Part shown: piece by piece, positions 55,743-64,000 of the stretch
Position numbering within the stretch: the first letter of the stretch is position 1
Layout: each line of letters starts with the position of its first letter
Sequence record: NC_048077.1
Length of the DNA: 64,000 nt
Direction: 5' to 3' (one strand)
The notes under the pieces: generated by a model
The model's database searches: none
What the model was told of the DNA's origin: nothing
What the model saw: the letters and a program-made list of their open reading frames with translations, nothing else
Position numbers and translations under genes: made by a program

Positions 55743-56540
55743 CTACGGAGTCGATATCGGCACGTAAACCATTAGACCAAAACCAGAGACAGGCTCCAAG
55801 AACTCCACTAATAATGTTTCTGGCGCTGAGGGATCTGTATAGACTTTTTCCGGCCACACAATTTCTCCACTCAAATCTGTACAGAAACAAAAACCTTTTC
55901 CTTCTCCAAATTCGTGCGTGAACGCCCAAAGCGGAGAAGGATCTTCCTGAATCGTAACCATGCCGCGAACAGCGCTGGAGTTAATCGCCTCATCAACTTT
56001 CGCACTCAACAAACGAACAGTTTCATTCAAAGTGTTGACGCGCCCGGTGTTCGCAGTAGTGCGTGCGTTAAGGTTACTAAGCATCACACTGAAACCGGAA
56101 GACAGTTGAGATTTGATTGCGTCTGCATACGAGCGAGGAATAGCTTCGTTAGCAATAAATGCACTTACGATTCGTGGCAACAAAGGCGCTTCGAGTTGAC
56201 CGCCTTTTGCGGAAAGAATAACAGGTTCCGGTAAATCGCTTTGATCCCATTGCTGAATAGCAACGAAATCATCGTACTCTAAAATCAGTTCCCACGTAAA
56301 TTGTTTGCCGTTGGAAGGAACTTTATTTACGCGCTTGTAAACTGTTTTGTAATCCTGCGCATCAATATCTGTTACTACCCAAACGCCGTCGAGAGGGAAA
56401 ACATGATCCGTAGGTTCATTGTCTGAAAGAATCACGACAACTTCTGGCGCGAGTCGATAAACAATATCGTTAGTCGAACTCAATCCTTGTTGTCGTGCCA
56501 AATCAACAAGAGTGTCCACGTAGTTGCTTAACTTACTCAT
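55743..56540 (-). CDS. virion fibre-associated protein
   Basis: GGAG RBS; coiled-coil, then a C-terminal WAFTHEFG...D..GEIVWPE..V.F..PVSG domain similar to the C-terminus of 52049..53425. Confidence 0.65.
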   Translation of the reverse strand: MSKLSNYVDTLVDLARQQGLSSTNDIVYRLAPEVVVILSDNEPTDHVFPLDGVWVVTDIDAQDYKTVYKRVNKVPSNGKQFTWELILEYDDFVAIQQWDQSDLPEPVILSAKGGQLEAPLLPRIVSAFIANEAIPRSYADAIKSQLSSGFSVMLSNLNARTTANTGRVNTLNETVRLLSAKVDEAINSSAVRGMVTIQEDPSPLWAFTHEFGEGKGFCFCTDLSGEIVWPEKVYTDPSAPETLLVEFLEPVSGFGLMVYVPISTP

Positions 56541-56991
56541 CAGGCGTCTCCAGAATATCAGCAAAATGTTTCGAATACGCTTCGGCAAAATACGGCAGAT
56601 TTGAAAGATCAATTTCAATCGCACTGTAAGCGCCATTATCGTAAACTAAAACTTTTTGCGGCTTATATGGGGCGAGCGCCAGCGCAACAATAAACGCACG
56701 ACCAAACGCGCCGGAGATATTCACATGCACATCAAGTTCAGGCACATAAACTTCTTCTTGCAGACGCGTTTGATAGTTTTCCAAAACATCGGTAGGGAGA
56801 GACAGAAGTTTCGGCGCTTCATAGTCAGGACGTACATCAATGGTACGACGATCCGGATAATAAATAAAAGCAGAAGGATCGCCAAGATATCGCCCAAACA
56901 ATTCAGCATCAACTTCAATGGAGGTAGGCGTTTCTTCGCGCACGCGCCCGTAAATTTCTCCTGTCTCCGCATTCACGCTTAGATAAATCAT
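56533..56991 (-). CDS. hypothetical protein (possible fibre assembly chaperone)
   Basis: Directly downstream of a collagen-like fibre gene; the function is a synteny guess only. Confidence 0.55.
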   Translation of the reverse strand: MIYLSVNAETGEIYGRVREETPTSIEVDAELFGRYLGDPSAFIYYPDRRTIDVRPDYEAPKLLSLPTDVLENYQTRLQEEVYVPELDVHVNISGAFGRAFIVALALAPYKPQKVLVYDNGAYSAIEIDLSNLPYFAEAYSKHFADILETPDE

Positions 56992-56992
56992 T

Positions 56993-57811
56993 TTAATCCC
57001 CTATTGCGGAATAGTAGAAATCCCAACCTACAGTATTCGCACCAGTGGACTTGAGCATGAAGCCACCAAGCAGAACGTTCTCTTTAACTGCCGTGCCATC
57101 AGTGTTGTAGATGGAATAAGTTTTTGCCTGATTCGTTGCAGCATTCAAGAACGTAATTGTTAGTGATGCACAACGGTTCAAGAAAGGTTTGTTGAATGCA
57201 ACGTTGATAGCGCTTTGAGACGCAGGAGCAATAGCACGACCGAAGTTTGTTGTGCGTCCAGTGTTAGGATCAAAATCACTTCCAACAAACGCACCAACAA
57301 TTTCATTTCCGGTTAACGGATCTAAAACTGGAGAAACTTCGTATTGATTTATAATTGCATCACGACCAGCAGGACCAGTTGGGCCAATTGCACCAGTCGG
57401 ACCAACCGGACCAGTTTCGCCCGTTGGGCCAATCGGGCCAGTGTTTCCAGTTGGCCCTTGTCGTCCTCTCGTTCCGCGAATTCCCGGACAACCCGGTTCA
57501 CCATCGCGACCATCTTTGCCGTCTTTGCCGTTATTTCCCTGAATGCCTTGCTTACCTTGTTTCCCTTCCTTTCCTGCTTTCATCTGATCAGCAGTAGGTA
57601 AACCAGAAACAGATTTCTGCGTGCCGTCCTGAAAAATAATCGTTAACGTTCCCGTTTGACTATCAAAAGAAACGTTCGACAAATCTGCGCTAGGATCGTC
57701 TTTGTTTTCATCGCGAAAGCCAACCTGAGTTTCCGAAACTTTCGCAAGAACCTGATTGACTGTACCGCCCTTCGGATCAATTAGAGCGGGATCTACTTGT
57801 ACCAATCCCAT
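56993..57811 (-). CDS. collagen-like fibre protein
   Basis: About 24 Gly-X-Y triplets (GKEGKQ...GPTGPAGRD); GAGG RBS before ATG 57811. Confidence 0.85.
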   Translation of the reverse strand: MGLVQVDPALIDPKGGTVNQVLAKVSETQVGFRDENKDDPSADLSNVSFDSQTGTLTIIFQDGTQKSVSGLPTADQMKAGKEGKQGKQGIQGNNGKDGKDGRDGEPGCPGIRGTRGRQGPTGNTGPIGPTGETGPVGPTGAIGPTGPAGRDAIINQYEVSPVLDPLTGNEIVGAFVGSDFDPNTGRTTNFGRAIAPASQSAINVAFNKPFLNRCASLTITFLNAATNQAKTYSIYNTDGTAVKENVLLGGFMLKSTGANTVGWDFYYSAIGD

Positions 57812-57822
57812 ATTTAAATTCC

Positions 57823-58023
57823 TCAAACAAGGCTGATAAATTCAGGCTCGTTAGGTTGACCATAGTTCGGATTTTTCAGTTTCGTATTATTTGGAGTCAT
57901 TCGCACCCAAACAGTTACGCCATCTGGACGAGTCCAGCGAACCTTCATCCCACCTTTGGTTAAATTAGAGATCCATGCGCCAGTAGACGGATTTTTTATT
58001 GCCAATCTTCCAATTGCAGGCAT
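57823..58023 (-). CDS. small virion-associated protein
   Basis: GGAG RBS; resembles the N-terminus of 61610..63631 (F.(V/I).N...G.W......++T....W..LTP/V). Confidence 0.6.
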   Translation of the reverse strand: MPAIGRLAIKNPSTGAWISNLTKGGMKVRWTRPDGVTVWVRMTPNNTKLKNPNYGQPNEPEFISLV

Positions 58024-58067
58024 GTTTCTTTCTCCAAAAGAATTGGCGGCATTACACCGCCAATGAA

Positions 58068-61000
58068 TTACAGATCAACAACCGAAATGGTGTACGTGCA
58101 ATTTGAACCAGTGAAGAAGACTTCAATATATTTGAAATCTCGCGTTGTGTCGTGTTCCATAAAATATGTTCCACGCGCAGTAGCTCGAATCGCAGTTACA
58201 CCCACGCGGCGCAAGTGCATTTCACCATTACCGCCCGTCCAATCAACTCGAATACGGAATGCGCCTCTGCGTGCTTGTGATTCAACGTTATGAATGAAAA
58301 CACGACTGACATATTTTCCAGAGTTATAACTTCCGGACATTCCTTTCACACTATCATCACGCGTGTTGTAGTCCCATGCCGTACCGTCACCAGTACCTTG
58401 CATTCGCACATCGTAATAAGGCGTGTAATCTAATTCCGCATAGTGGGCAATATAAATTTCATGTTGACCACCGGAGTTAGGAAGGTTTCGATAAATCGGG
58501 CCAGACGGATAATCGTAAGGCGCTTGTCCACCTTTCGGACTTGAATCAAGCCACAAACCATCACGGAAAATATCTACGCGGTCAGGAACAGTGTAGTGTT
58601 CCGACCACAGAATAAATACGCCCGTATTGTTTCGATAGAGTTGGCGACGCCATTCAACGCCTTGACCGCCAGAAGATGCAGCACTACCAAACGGAGTACC
58701 ATCATCATCAAGTATCGTACATACGCCAACGTTGCGCGTGAATTCAGAACGTGAAAGATCAGAAAGAACGAGATAAAAATACTCATCACCTTCTGTCAAT
58801 TTATCCTGATACACTTGCACCGAAACTTGAACCGTTTTCGCGCCAACAGGGAATAAAAGTTGGCGAGGTTCAATTGGAATGTAGTCTTGCGGATCACCAA
58901 CGTTTCCGTTTGTGCGAACATCGGAATAACCGCCGAGGCCGCCCCACAATCCGCTCATGCCGTTAATCAGTTGATGACTTCCAATCTGATTGCGCACGCC
59001 ATCCATATCTAAATTTTCTCCAGCGTATGCGCCAGAGTAGTTCACGTAAAAACGATTCGCCAACATGTTCGCGCTATGGAATACGTTTGATTGTCCAGTA
59101 AGAACCATCATACCTGTACCACGACGAACAGAGTTTTCTAACGCTTTCGTAAACGCGATTCCGATTTTCGCAGCAGGATTTGGATTCGCAGAAACAAAGA
59201 TAACGATAACGTATTGGTCAAAGATAAGAGCAGAAGGCGCACCACCATAAAGTTGAGTCCATCCAGCAACATCAACCGTGAATTGCATACTTCTTAAATG
59301 GTTTACTAACGTCGAACCTAAATCATTCGCGCCGCCTTCGTTGATGCGATACGCGCCCGTAGGATAAGGACTGCCAGTAAATGAATCACCAACAATTAAA
59401 ATCTTATCGTTTCGGTGTCCGTGCCCTAACCAATCAATTGCATTAGTTAAGAATTGGCGAGACTGCGCATTGTTTGCCAGATTGTTGTTCGTGAAAGCGT
59501 CAAGACTGCCGCCCCACACAACACGCGTATTCTGATATTCAATGAATGAGAAAGGAGAAACGCCGCCCGGTGTAATCATACGACGCGCAGTAGTTTCATT
59601 ACTTACGCATCGTGCAGTACCGTCGCGAGTTTGCACCGTCATTGTAATCGCACGCCCCATAACTTCTTCACTCGCAGTAACAGTAAATGTCACCGTCGAG
59701 TAACCGAGATTGCTTCCTTCAACAACTGAAACATCGTTGACGGAGAATGTCGGATAGTTACCGAGATCGATACATGGATGTTCAACGCTCACCACAAAAT
59801 CTTTTGCTTCATACATCGGCAGTTTATGGAAACGAACATCACGCAATTCTGCGTTATGTTTTACGCCGTAGTATTTACTTCCATCCGGATCATCCAACAC
59901 TTTATAGTAGTTGGAATGCTGGCTTGCCTGATCGTTAAAAAGACCTTTGTTTGTCACCGCAGGCTTTGAAAAGAGTTCTGTACCAGTGACATAAGGCCAG
60001 CCGTTCGGATCAAAGGAGTAGCCAACGTCGAAAGTAGAATTCGGATCGCTGGACATTGAACCTTTGTACATTTCATTTATTGCGTTTCCTTCACCAACGC
60101 CGGGACTACCAAAACAATTATATGCCCCGCGATACTGGAAGTTTGTATCTTCCCAAACACGGCGACTTGCACCTATGCGATACAATGCAGCAGGCAAACC
60201 ACCAGTGAGACGGTTGTAAGAACACTCATCAAACATCGTAACGAGTACCCAATAGTTTCCGTCAATGCTATTTAAATATGCCGCCATTGCCGCAGCATTC
60301 GCGATACCATCAGCACTACCTTCACCACCTGCGCCGTGGATATCAAAATTTCTGCGTTCGACAAGTTGGCGAGTTGCTTTACTGATTTTATAGACATTCA
60401 GTGATCGACCGTCGTTGTAGCGTGTGCCGTTAATAATAGTGAAACCGGGATTTGATCCGGAAGCATTAGGCACACCATAACCAACAACGTGACAGAAAAA
60501 TTGAGAACGTGCGGCAAGAGATTGCGCACTATCATTCTGCCAAGTTATTTTGTGATATCCTGCTTGAATACCGTTACGCCAATCATCCGGCTTATACGGA
60601 TAAACACTGATATCATAATCGACACTGAAACCATCTTGCGGATCAGCACAACAATAATCTTTGTAGAAGAACGGAGAATTCAAACGCACATCGTCGTTGA
60701 TATCAACGTCAGCGCACATGAATGGAATCCATGTTCCCGGTTGACCGCTCATTGCAGATTGTCGCGCTTCTCCAGTGTCAGAAAACCAATAACCCTGAGA
60801 CGCAAGGTATCCAAGTTTATAGTGAAGCTGTTCAACACCGTTCCATGCGACGTGAGTATTGTACGCATTAATATTCGCATCGTGTGCGCGTTTGGTGCAA
60901 ACAATATTCGTGTTGCGATTGGCATAAATACCAATTGGACTAAAAATTGCGTTGAAGTTTGCAGTGCCTTCGCCTGGCCCTTTCTGCAACACAACAAAAG

Positions 61001-61601
61001 AAATTCCTTCTTTGATTGCATTGCGGATCGCTGCCGCCATTGTATCGTTAATGGTTCGGCCTGTACTTGAAAGGAGAAAAACAGTTAATGCAAACTGTTT
61101 GAAATAGTGCGGTTGACCATCGTAGCCGTAAGCACCAGCCGCAATTTCATTAACGTGATGCGGAAGAATATCATAGCGTTTCTTCTGCAAGAAATAACAA
61201 AACTGACCCCATTGCCCAAAGTTAACGCGATCAGTAACTGACGCGCTATCACTCATGATCAGAATACTTTTTCCGTGAGTGAAGTTCGCGCCCATATCCA
61301 TCATAATGCGAAGTTGGCGAAGCATTCCCGTAATGCTGTTTACGTTTTCTTTTGAGTAGTCGCCGACCCAACCGCCGCTAGGATTAACGTCAAAGGAATA
61401 CGGAGTAAGAAACGCGCCATTCATAAACGCGGCACCGTAACCGCAAATAAATCCGGAAGCGTGACCATCAATTGCAATTCCCGTCATCGTTCCGCGATCT
61501 TCTGCCATGCTTGCGTCAGCCCAACTTTGGGTATTGGGGCCACCGCCGCCCGAATACCCGAAAGTAAGACCTCGCAGATATAAACAACTCCGCTTGATCA
61601 T
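58068..61601 (-). CDS. large multidomain adhesin-like virion protein (ILEI-like, Calx-beta, GATase/DUF4350-like modules)
   Basis: ILEI-like GRSLNVY..S.....VERRNFDI...VLV..FDE...IGA...YRGAY..FG; Calx-beta SVNDVSVVEG...VTFTV...T.DGTA and F..G.KTV.V.V..D...EGDE.F.L.LS...G..TILDDD. Confidence 0.8.
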   Translation of the reverse strand: MIKRSCLYLRGLTFGYSGGGGPNTQSWADASMAEDRGTMTGIAIDGHASGFICGYGAAFMNGAFLTPYSFDVNPSGGWVGDYSKENVNSITGMLRQLRIMMDMGANFTHGKSILIMSDSASVTDRVNFGQWGQFCYFLQKKRYDILPHHVNEIAAGAYGYDGQPHYFKQFALTVFLLSSTGRTINDTMAAAIRNAIKEGISFVVLQKGPGEGTANFNAIFSPIGIYANRNTNIVCTKRAHDANINAYNTHVAWNGVEQLHYKLGYLASQGYWFSDTGEARQSAMSGQPGTWIPFMCADVDINDDVRLNSPFFYKDYCCADPQDGFSVDYDISVYPYKPDDWRNGIQAGYHKITWQNDSAQSLAARSQFFCHVVGYGVPNASGSNPGFTIINGTRYNDGRSLNVYKISKATRQLVERRNFDIHGAGGEGSADGIANAAAMAAYLNSIDGNYWVLVTMFDECSYNRLTGGLPAALYRIGASRRVWEDTNFQYRGAYNCFGSPGVGEGNAINEMYKGSMSSDPNSTFDVGYSFDPNGWPYVTGTELFSKPAVTNKGLFNDQASQHSNYYKVLDDPDGSKYYGVKHNAELRDVRFHKLPMYEAKDFVVSVEHPCIDLGNYPTFSVNDVSVVEGSNLGYSTVTFTVTASEEVMGRAITMTVQTRDGTARCVSNETTARRMITPGGVSPFSFIEYQNTRVVWGGSLDAFTNNNLANNAQSRQFLTNAIDWLGHGHRNDKILIVGDSFTGSPYPTGAYRINEGGANDLGSTLVNHLRSMQFTVDVAGWTQLYGGAPSALIFDQYVIVIFVSANPNPAAKIGIAFTKALENSVRRGTGMMVLTGQSNVFHSANMLANRFYVNYSGAYAGENLDMDGVRNQIGSHQLINGMSGLWGGLGGYSDVRTNGNVGDPQDYIPIEPRQLLFPVGAKTVQVSVQVYQDKLTEGDEYFYLVLSDLSRSEFTRNVGVCTILDDDGTPFGSAASSGGQGVEWRRQLYRNNTGVFILWSEHYTVPDRVDIFRDGLWLDSSPKGGQAPYDYPSGPIYRNLPNSGGQHEIYIAHYAELDYTPYYDVRMQGTGDGTAWDYNTRDDSVKGMSGSYNSGKYVSRVFIHNVESQARRGAFRIRVDWTGGNGEMHLRRVGVTAIRATARGTYFMEHDTTRDFKYIEVFFTGSNCTYTISVVDL

Positions 61602-61609
61602 TTTTATTT

Positions 61610-63631
61610 TTACCCGTAAGTGACTGTTACGTTAACTCGCAAATCAACGTATTGCTCATCTGCTTCTGGAGTATAAACAGTAACAACGCCGACCCAACCG
61701 TTCGCTGCGCTAGGCAACTGCGCAAGACTTGCAGTGTAGATCGTACCAGTCCACGTAAAACTTGTTGAAACCGCAACGATACTTCTGTTACCGATTGTCA
61801 GAGGCCACGGCTCGTATTCCAAGTTGCCCCACAAGTCACCGTGTTTTGTTTCGTTTGTTTTCTGGAAATAACCACCAGTTGACGCAACAGCAGGTGTTAA
61901 TGCACTTCCTCTTCCTGAACCTGTCCAACGGTTTCCATCAACAGTTGCGATTCTGAAATTCAGATTCACTGTATGGTCAACGTTACCCCAATAACGCAGA
62001 ACGCCTTTGCTCATCGTCCAGATAGCATTATTTGGATTGTTTGGATCATCAACAGACAAACAGTTGTACGGAACAGAAAAATCTTGCACATTTAATTTTG
62101 GAGGTTGAATTGGACACCAGACGAAATAACTCCAATCACATCCAATACCACTCGTTACGCGTACCGTGATATTGCTACGGAGAACGTGTTCCGGATACTT
62201 CCAGAATTCGAGTGTTCCAGATTGTCCAGCCAGAAGATTTTCAGTATCGAGCAGATTCATTTCCTGATCGAAAACTTCAAACTTCGTATCGAAACTTCCG
62301 GCACGCACATCAACTAAGCCTGCGCGAATATCCGTTTGTGTTCCCAATGCGAAGTTATCTTCTGTAGTCGGATGGCCTGCGCTCACTACCCAATCATACT
62401 GACAAGGGAAACGATATTCGCGTGCGCCTCGTTCGTTCGGACAATACAGAGAATAGTAGAAGCTATTAATAGAATTATTTTTCCCGAAATCTTTCGCCAC
62501 AACTCTGACCATAAGATCGAAGTTTTGTGTGCCAGTCGGATCATAATAAAAATAAAGATAGCCACGACCAGTTTGTGCTTCTTGCGTTGACGCAATTCGT
62601 CGGCCTGCATGATAAACTTCGATGTAATCTAAGTTATCCCATGACGTATAGTTGAGATAAGTCCAACCAACGTTATTGCCGATGTAGTGATAATATTCAA
62701 AAGCATTACTATCGACGATACGATCAACAATAGGCCAAACAGTTGCGTGACACGGCGCAGGAAAAATAGGAGTGCCGATATATTCAGGAACAATAACATC
62801 CGGATAAGTTAAAACATCATATGCCGCTTGACTATCCAGCGCTAAGTTTGCGCGGTCAGTAGTTGCATTGAGTTTTGGCGGTATAACCTGCAAACTCCAG
62901 TTCGCACCTTGAGAAGTACGAACACGAATCATGATACGCATATCTTCCGCATCAGGATCGTTAAGGAATTTAATTCGACCGCGACCGCCAACTTTTCCAC
63001 ACGTAGACGCAACGCGAATTCCTTCGGCGTAAACATCCACACTTAAACCGTCTGCATGATAACTTGCGAAAGTTATTTCAACATAACCTTCTTGTCGTGG
63101 AATTGCGAAAATTGTTTCAGTGATTTGTGCGCCGCGAGAATGCACGGAAGCCCACGGCACGTTAGGGTTCGTCCACGTTCCTAAACCTGCTTGCGAGGCA
63201 AGACCCGTTGGATCGTAACTTTCAATTGTTCTTATTCCCGGTCGAGTAATATAACGCGACGTAGGAGGAACGTTGCCAATCCCCACACCGAAACCAGTTC
63301 GCGCAGCATCCGGTAAATCATATCCAGCAGGATAACCTTTTAACGGATCATATTTAGCACCACGCGAACCGTCGCCAGTACCGGAACCTTTTGTGGTGGA
63401 AGTTGGAGCACCACCACAATTTCCGATTTCCTGATTGATACATGGATCATCAAAGTTAGGATCAAACTCTGCATCAATATCGTACCAGCGTTTTCCATGC
63501 AAACCGCGAACAGAAAAAGTATCGACTGTTAATGGTTGCCACGTATTTTCTTTTGTTCGAATGAACATCGGAGTATCCGCGCAATCGTACCAGCCGTTGT
63601 TTTCTAAATTTCTTACGCGAAAACGAGGCAT
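61610..63631 (-). CDS. virion structural protein with repeated beta-sandwich modules
   Basis: Repeated (Y/W)...D...VY..G..IAST...G.G.L.F unit, also present at the C-terminus of 58068..61601. Confidence 0.75.
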   Translation of the reverse strand: MPRFRVRNLENNGWYDCADTPMFIRTKENTWQPLTVDTFSVRGLHGKRWYDIDAEFDPNFDDPCINQEIGNCGGAPTSTTKGSGTGDGSRGAKYDPLKGYPAGYDLPDAARTGFGVGIGNVPPTSRYITRPGIRTIESYDPTGLASQAGLGTWTNPNVPWASVHSRGAQITETIFAIPRQEGYVEITFASYHADGLSVDVYAEGIRVASTCGKVGGRGRIKFLNDPDAEDMRIMIRVRTSQGANWSLQVIPPKLNATTDRANLALDSQAAYDVLTYPDVIVPEYIGTPIFPAPCHATVWPIVDRIVDSNAFEYYHYIGNNVGWTYLNYTSWDNLDYIEVYHAGRRIASTQEAQTGRGYLYFYYDPTGTQNFDLMVRVVAKDFGKNNSINSFYYSLYCPNERGAREYRFPCQYDWVVSAGHPTTEDNFALGTQTDIRAGLVDVRAGSFDTKFEVFDQEMNLLDTENLLAGQSGTLEFWKYPEHVLRSNITVRVTSGIGCDWSYFVWCPIQPPKLNVQDFSVPYNCLSVDDPNNPNNAIWTMSKGVLRYWGNVDHTVNLNFRIATVDGNRWTGSGRGSALTPAVASTGGYFQKTNETKHGDLWGNLEYEPWPLTIGNRSIVAVSTSFTWTGTIYTASLAQLPSAANGWVGVVTVYTPEADEQYVDLRVNVTVTYG

Positions 63632-63643
63632 AGAAAAATTCCT

Positions 63644-64000
63644 TTATGAAGATGTTCTTACCCAAATCGATCCGGGTTCGATTTCGCGCTCAAGTGATGG
63701 ATCGACTGCTTGAATAAATACAGCAACAACGCCATCTTTTCCACTTGGGCCAGTCGCACCAGTCGCACCAGTTGGGCCAATATTTCCGCGAGATCCGCGA
63801 ACACCTTGTCTTCCCGGTAAACCATCGTTACCGCGTGGCCCCGGACAACCATCAGAACCACGACCGCCATCAGATCCGGATAAGCCGTCGATACCATCAC
63901 GACCATCTTCACCGCCAGGGCCAATTGGCCCCAATCCGATATCGTTTGGAGTTGTGAATCCGGGAATCGAAACTTTTCCGATGTTCGGAATATTTAAAAC
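63644..64000 (-). CDS. collagen-like fibre protein (5'-partial; begins beyond the window)
   Basis: The frame is open to 64000 (VLNIPNIGKVSIPGFTTPNDIGLGPIG...), followed by a long Gly-X-Y run. Confidence 0.8.
   Translation of the reverse strand, partial: VLNIPNIGKVSIPGFTTPNDIGLGPIGPGGEDGRDGIDGLSGSDGGRGSDGCPGPRGNDGLPGRQGVRGSRGNIGPTGATGATGPSGKDGVVAVFIQAVDPSLEREIEPGSIWVRTSS

Noticed and set aside
63644-63934. TTG start at 63934 given by the ORF track
   Set aside because: The frame stays open to the window end with sensible sequence, so the gene starts outside the window.
459-63957. Numerous antisense or alternative-frame ORFs in the six-frame track (e.g. 459..1142 -, 12505..13269 -, 40278..41024 -, 43132..43848 +, 60489..61070 +)
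   Set aside because: They fully overlap well-supported genes on the opposite strand or frame, lack RBS and family motifs, and are expected shadows of biased codon usage.
1-64000. CRISPR arrays, tRNA/rRNA genes, integrase, transposase or reverse transcriptase (DGR)
   Set aside because: No regularly spaced direct repeats, cloverleaf motifs or such enzyme motifs seen by eye. A tRNAscan-SE/Infernal run is still advisable.

Overview
This window looks like part of a large lytic tailed dsDNA phage (jumbo-myovirus type), not a bacterial chromosome: genes are densely packed and there are no rRNA, tRNA or CRISPR features. Two blocks converge on a bidirectional terminator at about 41.07-41.10 kb. The + strand block (1-41066) carries a DnaB-like helicase (5'-partial), a terminase large subunit with a 223-aa intein in its Walker A motif, a probable portal, a 5'-3' exonuclease, a Dam-type methyltransferase, dCMP deaminase and thymidylate synthase. 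It continues with about 28 kb of small accessory genes that include likely counter-defence factors (Tad2/DUF2829-like sponge, small alarmone hydrolase, orphan RelB/DinJ-like protein, degenerate macrodomain). The - strand block (41105-64000) carries a holin/spanin-like lysis trio, an array of about 11 paralogous virion proteins with a shared scaffold and variable glycan-binding-like inserts, collagen-like fibres and a large multidomain adhesin-like protein. The most unusual observations are: (i) a repeated CTGTAAATA+hairpin intergenic cassette; (ii) a stand-alone 84-aa protein ending in an NrdA-like CESGAC-x-I tail; (iii) an unannotated 59-aa ORF resembling the tail-sheath C-terminus; (iv) a Toprim gene split by a frameshift at a T-run; (v) the paralog array. 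From memory the layout resembles the Erwinia/Dickeya 'hairy' jumbo myoviruses, but this is unverified. All family calls are by-eye motif recognition; no searches were run.
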